From Trichomonas gallinae (taxonomy: Eukaryota): a DNA stretch of 64,000 nt. This document shows positions 31,301 through 41,593 of this stretch, one piece after another (position 1 is the stretch's first letter; every line of letters begins with the position of its first letter). The notes under the pieces were generated by a model. It was not told where the DNA came from. It searched no databases and was given only the letters and a program-made list of their open reading frames with translations. The DNA lies in NCBI GenBank assembly GCA_008369845.1, contig MRSU01000672.1, positions 1 to 64,000 of the forward strand, written 5' to 3'. The translations under genes were made by a program, and so were the position numbers.

Positions 31301-34300
31301 AACGAATGGATCAAATATACAACAGCCAGAATTTACATGTTGACCGGCGAAAAAATCCACAATTTCAACAACGAAATGTCAGACATGAGAGTCATGATTT
31401 CTCAGAGAATCCCGACAACAGCCAGCGGCCTCGCTGCTTATCTAAAGTCATTTAAAGAGTCATCGGACAAACAGTTGGACTGGGAATCATTTGTGCCGAC
31501 ATTCGAAGAAGCAACGAAATATTGCACATTGCAAGAATTCAAGAAATTCAAAGCCAATGTTTCAGAATTCAAAGTTTTGGTTGAAGCGAAACGTTCAGAG
31601 ATCGAAAACAATAAAGCGAACTTCAGGAAATCAGTACAGCTCGAAAGCGAGTCGATGATAAACAGAATCGACAACTTGAAGGACAGATGGAACAGCGAGA
31701 AGCCAATCAACGGAGATATCAATCCAGACAAAGCTCTGCACATCTTGGAGTCTTATGTCAACACATTCGAGCGCGCTAAGAGCGACTGGAAGGAAATTTC
31801 CTCAGCCATGGAATTGTTGGGCTTAGAAACATGCGAAAGCACAACATTAATGATGATATCAGAAGAAAGAGAAAACATGGTCGAAGGATGGACAGCATTA
31901 AAAACTGTTAACGCTAAACTCAACGAAATCAATTCGCAGAAGTTCACAGATTTAACTCCACAGCAGTACAGGCAGCAGCTCAATACAGTTATTGAAGAAT
32001 TGAACTCGATGTCAAATATTGTCAGACAATATGAAGGCTGGATTTTCTTCAACAAGCGCATGAAAAATATCATGAGGATATTCCCAGTGATAGAAGGCCT
32101 CAAGAGCGAAGCAATTCAGCAAAGACACTGGAGACAAATTTCTCAAAACTTTGCTCAAGAAATTAATTTTGCGACATTCACTTTCAACGACTTGCTTTCT
32201 TTCGACATCGACCACAACGAGCAGTTCTTTGCCGACATCCTCAGGAATGCTCAGGGTGAATACTCACTCCACAAGTATCTCGATCAGCTCGATGAAACAT
32301 GGAACTCCATGGAATTCGAGTTTTCTCTCTACAAAGAAAAAATCAATCTCATCAAAAGTGGACCAATTGTTTTATCGACGATTTCAGATCATTTGAACTT
32401 CCTCGGCACAATGCAGACATCTCCATTCTTCCATGTGTTCAGAGACCAAGCCACGCAGTGGGAGAACTCATTGAACAGACTGCAAGTCGTTCTCGATGAC
32501 TGGCTTGATGTTCAGAGAAGGTTTATCTACCTGGAGGGAGTTTTCTCGTCTGCTGATATCAGAAGCATTTTGGTTAAGGCCACAGGCAACTTCAGGAAGG
32601 CAGAGAAAGAGTTCATGACAATCACTAAGAGAGCAACACAGTTAAAGGTTGTTATGAAGATTACAGCAATTCCTAATATAGGAACAATCCTTCAAAATCT
32701 TAATGAGTCACTTTTGCTTCTCCAGAAAGAACTTTCGGAATATCTCGAGAAGCAGAGATCATTGTTCCCAAGATTCTTCTTCATCGGTGACGAGGACCTC
32801 TTGGAAATCATCGGCAAGTCAAGCGCAATCAACGAAATCCAGAAACACTTCGGAAAAATGTTCGAAGGTTTGTCAAACGTTCAAACAGAGGAAGAAAATA
32901 TTATTTCAATGGGCTGCAGCGAAGGAGAAATCGTTAAGTTCAGCACACCAGTTCAAATCACTAAGACAGTCCACCAGACATTGTCGAACATCGAAAAAGA
33001 GATGAGATCATCATTGAAGAAATTATTGATGGTTGCCATTTCAGACTTCGAAAACTTCTGGCAAAACATGACAGTTGATGGACTCAAGACAATTATTGAC
33101 ACATACTCAGCGCAAATAATTTTACTGTGCTTCTTTGTTACGTCAACCAATCAAATCGAGCGTGGAATCACGAAGAAGACTGTTCCACAGATTCAGGAAG
33201 AGCTCGCCAAGTTCATCAACATCTTAAGCCAGATTGTTTTCACTGATTTGTCTGTCATCGCAAGGCACTGCGTTCAGCAGCTCATCACAGAAGCAGTCCA
33301 CCAGAGAAACTTAACGAAAGAAGTCACAAATGCAGAATCAATCCAATCATTCGAGTGGTCAAGGTTCTTAAGATATTATCTCAACAAAGCCAGCGGAGAA
33401 CTTTCTGTCAGCGTCGGTGATGCATCGTTCATTTACGGATTCGAATATCTCGGCTTATGCCCATCACTTGTAAGAACACCATTAACTGACAGAGTTTACT
33501 TGACAATGGCACAAGCATTATACGCGAAACTCGGTGGTTCTCCATTCGGTCCAGCTGGTACAGGTAAGACAGAAACTGTCAAGAACATGGGCCATCATTT
33601 GGGCAGATTAGTCTTGGTATTCAACTGCGATGAAACATTCGATTTCAAGGCCATGGGAAGAATCTTCGTCGGTTTATGCCACTGTGGATCATGGGGCTGC
33701 TTCGATGAATTCAACAGACTTGACGAGCAGATGCTTTCTGCTGTTTCTCAACAAATCCAAACTATCCAGTCAGGCCTCAAATCGAATTCACAACAAATCC
33801 AGATTCTCGGCAGAAAAGTTCCACTTAACAAAGACATCGGCATCTTCATAACAATGAACCCAGGATACGCAGGCCGTGTTGAACTTCCAGACAACCTCAA
33901 GCAGTTGTTCAGATCAATGGCAATGAACAAACCAGACACAGATCTCATCACAGAAGTCTTGCTTTTCTCACAAGGCTTCTCGTCAGCAGAAAATCTTGCT
34001 CCTAAGTTTGTATTATTGTTCTCGATGGCCAAGGAATCATTGTCGAACCAGACTCACTACGATTTCGGCTTGAGAGCAATGAAGTCTGTTCTTGCAAACG
34101 CAGGACAGCTCATCAGATCAAATCCAATTCCAGCAGATGCAGACAAAGAACAAGCTGAGCAAAAGCTTCTTATTTCATCAATCGTCAACGCTTTATTCCC
34201 GAAGCTTCTCTCGCACGATTTAGTCAAACTCAAGCGCTTGATGGAAGACGTATTCCCAGGAATCACTCCATCGCCAATCACACAGACAGAACTGCTTTCC

Positions 34301-37300
34301 TTCATCAAGGAAGAAAGCGAAAAGTCTGGCTGGATCGATTCGGAAGTTTGGGTCCAAAAGATCGTCCAGCTGTTTTACATTCAACAAATCAACCACGGCT
34401 TCATGCTCGTCGGCTCATCATCTTCTGGTAAGACATCAGCGTGGAAGATTCTTCTCAAGGTTTTAACGAGAATCGATCAGATCGAATCAGAAAGCTACGT
34501 CATCAATCCGAAGTCCGTCACTAAAGATACATTGTTCGGATGCTTGGATCCGGTAACAAGAGAATGGACAGATGGTGTTTTCACAAGAATCTTAAGAACA
34601 ATCGTCGCCAATCAAAAAGGTGAAATGTCTAAGCGCCACTGGATTGTTTTCGACGGTGACGTTGATCCTGAATGGGTTGAAAACCTCAACTCAGTTCTCG
34701 ATGATAACAAACTCTTAACATTGCCAAACGGTGAAAGAATTTCACTGCCACCAAACGTGCGAATTGTCTTCGAAGTTGAAAATCTCAACTTCGCAACACC
34801 TGCAACAGTTTCTCGCTGCGGCATCGTTTACTTCTCTGAAAACACATTGTCGCCGAAAGAAATCGTCCATTACTACATCCACAAGCTATCTACAGAACCA
34901 ATTGTCACGCAGTCTCACATTTTGTTCAGTGAGTACATAGAGTTATCAATTCCAGAGATGATTTCTCTTCAATCGAAATTTGTCGAAATCACGAAACCAT
35001 TTATTGAGAAAATTATTGATTTTTGCATTAATTTCGTCAACCAAAATGCAAGTGATTCTATAATGCAGATTCCAATTGCATCATCTATTTCTACAATGTT
35101 CGCTTTGATCGCAGCAAGTTTCGTTCAAGCTTACAGCATGGAAGAGCCAGAGAATTATCTGCTGAAGTCAACAATTTTCTCTGCCTTCTGGGCCTTTGCA
35201 TCACCGATGTCATCTAATGTCCGCAACTCTTTGTCGAATGTCATCAAGAAAGAATTCACAAAGTACTGCCCAGATGGTTCTCTGATGTCATTCTTGGTTT
35301 CGTCGGATGTCGAGGACTGGGTTTCAGTTGACATCCACCAGAACAACCCTGACACAGACAAATTCGTTGCGACACCGGAAACAGTCGTAATCAGAAGACT
35401 CATTCAGATGCTGATCGTCGGCGGAAAGACGCCAATTTTATGCGGAATGAATGGAGTCGGAAAGTCATCAATGCTGAAGGCTGGTTTATCTAAATACCAA
35501 GAACTAATGACAGTCAATCTCGACTTTTCTAACTGCTCGTCCATTGATTTCGCTTTGCAGACATTAGAGCAGTTTTGTGCATACAACAAGACATCATCCG
35601 GAACAAAAATGGTCCCGAGAATGTCAAACACTTTCTTGAATTTCATCTGCAACAACGTCAATCTTCCAACGCTCGATAAATATGGAACTCAAAGAGTCGT
35701 TGAATTCCTCAGACAGTTCCTGGATTTGAAGGGATTCTGGCATCCACACAGAAGTGAGTGGATCACTTTAGAGCGCATCGACTTTTCAGGACTCTGCGCT
35801 CCACCAACATGCTACGGAAGAGTCAAACTGAACTTGAGATTCTTGAGACACTCAGCAGTTATCTATGTCGAGCATCCACCGGAAGAATCAATCAAGAAGA
35901 TCTGCCATGCTCTGATCCACGACGACAAATTCGCTTTCGAAGAAGAAGCGGTTAACTCGATGGTCGAATTCTACACAGAATTCAGGGAGCACTTCAAAGG
36001 CAGCGATAACGTTCACTATCAGGCGAACATGCGCGACTTGACAGAGTGGATATCATCATTCAAGAGTTATAGTGAAAATGACATCGCTCACTCATTGTTC
36101 TACGAAGGATGCAGAATATTCGGAGACAGGATACAAGAGAAAGAAGAGAAGAAATGGGTTGAATCCACACTTCAATCAACAATTCTCAAGCATTTCACAA
36201 ATGCAGATCTCCAGAACTTCCAAGACAAGATGCTGTACACAAGAATCATCACTGGAAAGTATGCAGTCACAGACATTCAGTCGTTGATTCCGCGTTTGGA
36301 AGTCAAGATGAAGGAATTCGCGGAAGAAAACGCTGTTCCTAACTTGATTTTCTTCGAAGAGTGCATCGAACTCATCTGCAAGGTTGAAAGAAGACTTGCT
36401 GAGAAAGCAGGCCACATAATGCTCGTTGGATTGAGCGGAACAGGGAAAACATTGATTCCTAATTTCGTCACATTCATGCTCAACATGCCATTTGTTAGAT
36501 TGCACGTTTACAAGGGTTACGGATTAACGGAGTTTGATGCTGATTTGCGCAAGATAATGAAGATGTGCTTGCAGAAGCCAATATGCTTCCACATCAAAGA
36601 AAGTGATTTGATCAACACAGTCTTCACGGAAAGATTAAATGTTTTAATGGCGGAGTCAACAATTCCTGGTTTATTCACAGGCGACGAATACACAACGTTA
36701 ATCGGCTTAATAAAAGACCAAGCGAGAATCGACGGAATAAATAACATGGAAACAGATGACTCATTGCTCCAATACTTCAACGAGAAAGTCCACGACAATT
36801 TACATGTCGTTTTCACGTCTAATTCAGCAACAGTTAACATGAATGAGCGCGATATCATGTTCCCGTCTTTATTCGCATTCTCCAACATTGTATGGATTGG
36901 CTCATTATCTGAGGACGCATTGAAGTCATACGCCAACTACATCCTCAAGGAAGAAGAGTTGGATGAGCAGGCAAACATTACTGAAATCATGGTCGAGTTC
37001 CACAAATCAGCAGAAAGCATCTCCAATCAGCTCCAGATAACAAACTATGTCTCACCAAGATATTTCTTTGATTTCGTCAAACACTTCTGCCACATTTTGA
37101 AGTCTAAGAAGCAGAAACTCCAAACACAGCAGCTTCACCTCAACAACGGCTTAACTAAACTCGAAGCAACACAAGCGGAAGTTGCAAGAATGGGCAAAGA
37201 TTTGGCAGTCAAGCAGAAACAGCTCAAAGAAAAAGAAGAACTCGCTGAACAAAAACTCGCACAAATCGTCAAAGACACTCAAGTCACAACAGCCAAGAAG

Positions 37301-40300
37301 GATGAAGCTCAAAAGGTTAAATCTGAAATCGAGGCAAAGAGAGATGTGATGAGAGTCGAGCAAGCTAAAGCACAGAAAGAACTGGACGAAGTCGGTCCAG
37401 TAATCGAAGATGCAAAGAATTCTGTCTCCAATATCTCGAAGCAGAAACTCGATGAAATCAGAAGACTTGCCTCTCCTCCTGAAGTCATCAAGAACGTTTT
37501 AGTTGCTGTATTGATGCTTCTCGGAATGAACGCCACGAACTGGGCCCTTATAAAGAAAGAAATTTCTGGTGAGTCATTCATCAGAACAGTCCTCGATTTC
37601 CAGATCGACAAAGTTACTCCGAGCGCCGGAAAGAAGATTGAGAATTTCTTGGCATCTGCTGGATTGGACTACGAGAAAGCGATGCGCGCGTCTCAGGCAT
37701 GCGGACCACTCTTCAAATGGCTGAGCGCAAACATCAGATACGTCAGCATTTTGGAGTCAACTGAGCCGTTAAGAGCAAGAGTCGAAAGCCTTGGAGCAGA
37801 AGCAGCAGTTTTGGAGAAGAAATACAACGAACTTGAAGCAACAGCAAACAAACTCGAAAAGAAACTTACAGATTTGACAAACGAATACAAAGGATTAGTC
37901 GCACAATGCGAGCAGACGAGAATAGAAGCAAATAACGTCAAAGTCAAGATGGATAGAGCAACACGTCTGATTTCGAGTCTGTCTAACGAAACGAAGAGAT
38001 GGGGAGAGAGCAGAAACGCATTCCAGCGCGAATCAGATTCGATCATCGGCCACTCCCTGTTATCAGCTGGCTTCGTTGCATACTGCGGATTCCTTGAGCA
38101 GGCGAAGCGCGTCGAATCGATTACGTCATGGAAGTCGATTTTGTCAAACAATGTCATCAAATTCACTTCAGAATTCGATTTCACCTCATTCACAACTGAT
38201 GCATCTCAGCTTATTGAGTGGGGCTCAAAGGGACTTCCCAAAGATGATCTTTGCATACAAAACGCAGTTATCCTCAACGAGCAGAGCAACATAAGAGTTC
38301 CTCTGATTATTGATCCGGCTGGCCAAGCTACGCAATTTTTGGCCCAGATGTATCCAAACATCGTGAAGACGTCATTCATAGACCCGAAGTTCCCGAAGAA
38401 CTTGGAGTCATGCCTAAGATTTGGATCCCCATTGTTAGTCGAAGAAGGCGAACAACATGATCCACTCGTTTATCCAGTCCTTTCGAAAGAATTCAAGAAG
38501 ATGAGCGGAAGGACAATATTAGACTTGAAGCATAACGACATTGATGTTTCTCCATCATTCCAGATGTTCATTGTCACAAGAGACACAGATTTCGCTCCTC
38601 CGCCGTTCATAGCTTCAATGACAGTTTTAATCAACTTCAGCGTCACTTCTTTGTCACTTCGCGCACAGTGCCTCACAAGATTGCTGCAGTTCAAGCTTCC
38701 AGACATCGAAAAACAGCGCCAGGAACTCCACACTTCTCTTTCGTCTATGCAAATCGCACTTCACGGACTCGAAGAGAAGATGTTGTCAGTTTTCTCATCA
38801 ACGAGTGGCGAAATTCTTGAGAACGATGAATTACTGCATCTCTTGGAGCACATCAAAGAAGAAGCGAAAGTTATGGAATCTAAAGCAGAAGAAACGAAAC
38901 AAGCCCTTCAAAAGATCAACGATGTATCAGACCAATTCGCACCAGTTGCTGAAGTTTCTACTTCCCTTTATTTCGCATTGTATGCAATGTCATCAGTACA
39001 CTTTTTGTATCAGTTCTCACTGCAATTCTTCTGGACAATTTTCGACAAAACATCATCATCAGATGCCAAGCCAGAAGAGCTGATTGAAATGATAGCCAAA
39101 GACTTGTTCATTGCAGCAAGCTATTCATTACTCAACAAGCATCTGCCAATCTTAGGATTCAGATTCGGTCAAATCTTGGTCGAACACAAGAAACTTCAAA
39201 TCGACGAATCTTTGTATGACGTTGCTTTAAGAGGCACAAGCCTCAGAGGCGGTGATGTTTCATTTTTGAAATTAGCAGATGGCAATGAATTAAAGGACTG
39301 GCTTGCCAGCGATAGTCCAGAGAGCAAAATATCACAAAATGTTGTTGACAAACTCGGAAAAGGTGACAATAAAGTTGTCACATCACTGAAAGTTTTAGCA
39401 ATAATGCGCAAATCCAGGCCAGACAGGATCATTCCAGCAACGAAAGAGTTCATCAAGTCATGCTTTGGGTTCGATATCACCGATATTCCTCCACTTGACA
39501 TTGTCTCAGCTGCGGCATCATCAAATCCGCAAACTCCACTGCTTCTTTGCGCATCTGCTGGCCATGACCCATCCGAGAGAGTCGAAGGATATGCGCCAAG
39601 GCCAGTCGACTCAGTGGCTGTCGGCAGTGCTGACTCACACGATATGATTGAAAGCACTGTGAGAACTGCAGCGCAGCGTGGAAACTGGGTCATCATCAAA
39701 AACGTCCACCTTGCTCCAATTTGGACTCGCGACTTCGTTAAGTCTTTGTCGAACTTGAAGACACATCCAGAGTTCAGGCTTTTCATGACGAGCGAAATAA
39801 ATCCTAAAGTCGGCTCAAACGTTTTCAGGAGCTGCAGAGTCATTGTCTTCGAATCTGCTTCCGGAATCAGAGCAAACTTGAAACGCGTCTACAGCAGCGG
39901 AATAAACTGGCCGAGTGTCCCAGCCGAACGTCGCCGCGTCATACTAGGATTCATCTGGCTTCACGCCGTAATTGTTGAGCGATTGAGATTCATTCCACTG
40001 GGTTGGTCAAAGCGCTATGAGTTTAACGACTCAGACTTGAAGTTCTCCATGCAGATCGCGTTGAGGTGGATGGAGCAGGCATCAGCAGGCCGCGCCCATT
40101 TATCCGATGAGCAGCTCCCGTGGACTGCTCTCAGGTCATTGATTTCTGGCTGCGTTTATGGAGGCAGAGTTGACGCACCATATGATGGAAGGGTTCTGAC
40201 AGCAATGGCAAACGAAATCCTTAAGCCTGGTTCGAAGATTGCAGACGGATTGATTGATGCCCCTGACATTCAGTCGATGGAAGAGTTCAAGAACTGGGTT

Positions 40301-41230
40301 GACGCCATGAACGATTCGAGCGAATCACCGGAGATGATTTGGCTTCCAAAGAACTCTGCCAAGTTTTTGTTCATCCAGCAAGGAAACGAAGTTCTCCAGC
40401 AAATCGTTGGGGTCAGCGCTGGCGGACAATCAGGCCATGTCGAAGCTAAGAAGATTTCGTTTGTTAAGCTACTCCTCAAGCAGTGGCTTGAAACGTTATC
40501 ATCATTGACAGTCAAACCTCCACAAGAATCGAAAGATTTGATTGCAACAGTTATCAACGATGAGCTCAAGCAGCTTTCTTTGACATTGAAGAAGATAACA
40601 GGCGAATCTAGCACAGTCATAAAGAGGATCGATGAAAATGACCAGCTCACGCAGCGCGATCAATCCATTATTTCTGACTTAGCTCGCGGCGTTGTTCCTT
40701 CAGATTGGAACAGGCACAAGTTCGCCTCACGAGATTTAGACGACTGGTTGCGCGATTTTGTCGACCGCGTGAAACACTTAAGCGAGTGTGCCGCAGCATC
40801 TGGCTCTAGGCCTCCTCTTATTCTCGGCAAATTCGCTCACCCCGAGGCTCTGATTGCTGCAGCGAAGCAGACAAGCGCATCAATGAATAACTGGGCGATA
40901 GAGAAAGTTTCGATGACATTGGAAGTTGGAGAAACAGAATCGAAGAACAGTTATGATATCATCATCGGCGATGTTACAACGATGAACGCTGAATGGAGCA
41001 AAGATAAGGCGTGCTTCACCGCAACAGATAATGTAATGTGTTCATTGCCGACATCAAGGCTTTCCTTCGCATCTTCTGTCAATCAGACTGGAATCACAGT
41101 CACTTGCTTCATGACACCATCACGAAACGGATCTGTATTCGAAGTTAGAATGCCATGCGACACGCAGAACGATTCAAATTGGTGGACAATCAGGTCCCCA
41201 GCCCTTATTCTTCAGAAGAACGCAATATAA
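28358..41230 (+). CDS. DYNC1H1: Cytoplasmic dynein-1 heavy chain
   Basis: AAA1 LGGSPFGPAGTGKT...FNCDETFDF.AMGRIFVGLC...CFDEFNRL and AAA2 WIVFDGDVDPEWVENLNSVLDDNKLLTLPNGER are dynein-1 type; P-loops GSSSSGKT, GMNGVGKS, GLSGTGKT; stalk coiled coil. Start 28358 or 28328. Confidence 0.95.
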   Translation: MSNLSSIDIINHLKPTIMSAFCMSSVDDEELLSFSNEIQSFILDVNKFFLIIRKTDKIIIQNTFEYTDGPVIVYQKYPIVLTKENFESSISTISLPTQKAVQFLQLLISQFFVPYMKNAIPSNDKNAQSVLESISTFDIAISRYQQQNNLPEPVFDYNSPLVLSAASGKLTKAQETEFLAIIDKWESTIKSIISYAKSPPIFERIYDEISFWVLLGQRLKQGLEQAKSMDTFDIPAKILTYQKLFKQFFKEAKDDLEKLNLSIIPFADAVSSFEKHISDLDESTTIEDLKFKISKLYSLLSSVLHKSNYPQRSPIIYKLMRSYLFDKLINLITDMALPHLPLEAFKSSMSTINDFCQKWLSEEANLINVLNENRIQCDFITQDKVDKSVLFKRFKELESSKIEYHQLSNHFIEHSKINFEVVKTELDQAFDFIINSPFLELTQNSNSQWDASIKEYKLHLERIDQDLVEILTKMLQQNTTLAGTHQIFVTHAILCRRPNVLPSLRVFQDRFKTQMEDQLAKFESKQLEQVDKLPIVELIMNKGTSDVYARYLHVQNMSHRLNTIDKMISDVFINEKWQDNYASLREKYNICRAKIKEQPNLQKLGQMLNGLKINVDSPVLEIENGTIRCTIDEETAHLLTIFRSFQEKDETPDTELNSIVGTVFNLYTHAVKIQEGLNLFTEAINDMNPTLKSICASDINTIYNLIKDGYNYRWSDITRKGFAEHYSNDFILYCYEFSNFYKKAKESVNIIEKSLQQLEEGSCLEDITDKIKLIQENVNTIFFGRGTNYDQYIKDINERLFGIIAIKVDEIVGIWVDSLKSGQMFAGIDPIKVTITLKSNHININPAPCNLRTVVTKLFIEHINNYLLQQTITFGGQESTYFRDIDDSFPVPYDKIYDLYELIGQACEQAQKYLVDWQNLDSIFIARPGTFEFSQDIFEWMQLIRDLTEMKKKIENSSGVENISCFSIVTARMQRITILKLNEWIKYTTARIYMLTGEKIHNFNNEMSDMRVMISQRIPTTASGLAAYLKSFKESSDKQLDWESFVPTFEEATKYCTLQEFKKFKANVSEFKVLVEAKRSEIENNKANFRKSVQLESESMINRIDNLKDRWNSEKPINGDINPDKALHILESYVNTFERAKSDWKEISSAMELLGLETCESTTLMMISEERENMVEGWTALKTVNAKLNEINSQKFTDLTPQQYRQQLNTVIEELNSMSNIVRQYEGWIFFNKRMKNIMRIFPVIEGLKSEAIQQRHWRQISQNFAQEINFATFTFNDLLSFDIDHNEQFFADILRNAQGEYSLHKYLDQLDETWNSMEFEFSLYKEKINLIKSGPIVLSTISDHLNFLGTMQTSPFFHVFRDQATQWENSLNRLQVVLDDWLDVQRRFIYLEGVFSSADIRSILVKATGNFRKAEKEFMTITKRATQLKVVMKITAIPNIGTILQNLNESLLLLQKELSEYLEKQRSLFPRFFFIGDEDLLEIIGKSSAINEIQKHFGKMFEGLSNVQTEEENIISMGCSEGEIVKFSTPVQITKTVHQTLSNIEKEMRSSLKKLLMVAISDFENFWQNMTVDGLKTIIDTYSAQIILLCFFVTSTNQIERGITKKTVPQIQEELAKFINILSQIVFTDLSVIARHCVQQLITEAVHQRNLTKEVTNAESIQSFEWSRFLRYYLNKASGELSVSVGDASFIYGFEYLGLCPSLVRTPLTDRVYLTMAQALYAKLGGSPFGPAGTGKTETVKNMGHHLGRLVLVFNCDETFDFKAMGRIFVGLCHCGSWGCFDEFNRLDEQMLSAVSQQIQTIQSGLKSNSQQIQILGRKVPLNKDIGIFITMNPGYAGRVELPDNLKQLFRSMAMNKPDTDLITEVLLFSQGFSSAENLAPKFVLLFSMAKESLSNQTHYDFGLRAMKSVLANAGQLIRSNPIPADADKEQAEQKLLISSIVNALFPKLLSHDLVKLKRLMEDVFPGITPSPITQTELLSFIKEESEKSGWIDSEVWVQKIVQLFYIQQINHGFMLVGSSSSGKTSAWKILLKVLTRIDQIESESYVINPKSVTKDTLFGCLDPVTREWTDGVFTRILRTIVANQKGEMSKRHWIVFDGDVDPEWVENLNSVLDDNKLLTLPNGERISLPPNVRIVFEVENLNFATPATVSRCGIVYFSENTLSPKEIVHYYIHKLSTEPIVTQSHILFSEYIELSIPEMISLQSKFVEITKPFIEKIIDFCINFVNQNASDSIMQIPIASSISTMFALIAASFVQAYSMEEPENYLLKSTIFSAFWAFASPMSSNVRNSLSNVIKKEFTKYCPDGSLMSFLVSSDVEDWVSVDIHQNNPDTDKFVATPETVVIRRLIQMLIVGGKTPILCGMNGVGKSSMLKAGLSKYQELMTVNLDFSNCSSIDFALQTLEQFCAYNKTSSGTKMVPRMSNTFLNFICNNVNLPTLDKYGTQRVVEFLRQFLDLKGFWHPHRSEWITLERIDFSGLCAPPTCYGRVKLNLRFLRHSAVIYVEHPPEESIKKICHALIHDDKFAFEEEAVNSMVEFYTEFREHFKGSDNVHYQANMRDLTEWISSFKSYSENDIAHSLFYEGCRIFGDRIQEKEEKKWVESTLQSTILKHFTNADLQNFQDKMLYTRIITGKYAVTDIQSLIPRLEVKMKEFAEENAVPNLIFFEECIELICKVERRLAEKAGHIMLVGLSGTGKTLIPNFVTFMLNMPFVRLHVYKGYGLTEFDADLRKIMKMCLQKPICFHIKESDLINTVFTERLNVLMAESTIPGLFTGDEYTTLIGLIKDQARIDGINNMETDDSLLQYFNEKVHDNLHVVFTSNSATVNMNERDIMFPSLFAFSNIVWIGSLSEDALKSYANYILKEEELDEQANITEIMVEFHKSAESISNQLQITNYVSPRYFFDFVKHFCHILKSKKQKLQTQQLHLNNGLTKLEATQAEVARMGKDLAVKQKQLKEKEELAEQKLAQIVKDTQVTTAKKDEAQKVKSEIEAKRDVMRVEQAKAQKELDEVGPVIEDAKNSVSNISKQKLDEIRRLASPPEVIKNVLVAVLMLLGMNATNWALIKKEISGESFIRTVLDFQIDKVTPSAGKKIENFLASAGLDYEKAMRASQACGPLFKWLSANIRYVSILESTEPLRARVESLGAEAAVLEKKYNELEATANKLEKKLTDLTNEYKGLVAQCEQTRIEANNVKVKMDRATRLISSLSNETKRWGESRNAFQRESDSIIGHSLLSAGFVAYCGFLEQAKRVESITSWKSILSNNVIKFTSEFDFTSFTTDASQLIEWGSKGLPKDDLCIQNAVILNEQSNIRVPLIIDPAGQATQFLAQMYPNIVKTSFIDPKFPKNLESCLRFGSPLLVEEGEQHDPLVYPVLSKEFKKMSGRTILDLKHNDIDVSPSFQMFIVTRDTDFAPPPFIASMTVLINFSVTSLSLRAQCLTRLLQFKLPDIEKQRQELHTSLSSMQIALHGLEEKMLSVFSSTSGEILENDELLHLLEHIKEEAKVMESKAEETKQALQKINDVSDQFAPVAEVSTSLYFALYAMSSVHFLYQFSLQFFWTIFDKTSSSDAKPEELIEMIAKDLFIAASYSLLNKHLPILGFRFGQILVEHKKLQIDESLYDVALRGTSLRGGDVSFLKLADGNELKDWLASDSPESKISQNVVDKLGKGDNKVVTSLKVLAIMRKSRPDRIIPATKEFIKSCFGFDITDIPPLDIVSAAASSNPQTPLLLCASAGHDPSERVEGYAPRPVDSVAVGSADSHDMIESTVRTAAQRGNWVIIKNVHLAPIWTRDFVKSLSNLKTHPEFRLFMTSEINPKVGSNVFRSCRVIVFESASGIRANLKRVYSSGINWPSVPAERRRVILGFIWLHAVIVERLRFIPLGWSKRYEFNDSDLKFSMQIALRWMEQASAGRAHLSDEQLPWTALRSLISGCVYGGRVDAPYDGRVLTAMANEILKPGSKIADGLIDAPDIQSMEEFKNWVDAMNDSSESPEMIWLPKNSAKFLFIQQGNEVLQQIVGVSAGGQSGHVEAKKISFVKLLLKQWLETLSSLTVKPPQESKDLIATVINDELKQLSLTLKKITGESSTVIKRIDENDQLTQRDQSIISDLARGVVPSDWNRHKFASRDLDDWLRDFVDRVKHLSECAAASGSRPPLILGKFAHPEALIAAAKQTSASMNNWAIEKVSMTLEVGETESKNSYDIIIGDVTTMNAEWSKDKACFTATDNVMCSLPTSRLSFASSVNQTGITVTCFMTPSRNGSVFEVRMPCDTQNDSNWWTIRSPALILQKNAI

Positions 41231-41593
41231 CAACTAGTTTATGTTAATTTTTATAAAATCTTTCTATTTTGTAAATTTGATTTCATATAATAATATAGTC
41301 GACATCAAGGCGTGAAAAATAGGCATTTTATATTTTGATGTTTATATATAAACACATGAATTATGTCATGAAAATATGTTTAACGTGATTCAGTCAGTAA
41401 AATGAATGATATTTTGAAAGAAAATTAATCAAAAATATTTTTACTCGATTAAATGCAATTATGCGACATATATGCATAGATAATTCAATACATATAAATA
41501 TCATGTGCAAATAGATTATCTAAAACTCAATTTCAATACAAAAAAAGGGTCTAGGTGTATTCCCCTCATCAAAAAGTGCCGGTTTAAAATTAA

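Noticed and set aside
29706..40650. Dozens of 60-215-aa shadow ORFs inside the dynein gene
   Set aside because: Antisense or out-of-frame shadows of a long biased CDS; Ser/Leu/Phe-rich nonsense translations.
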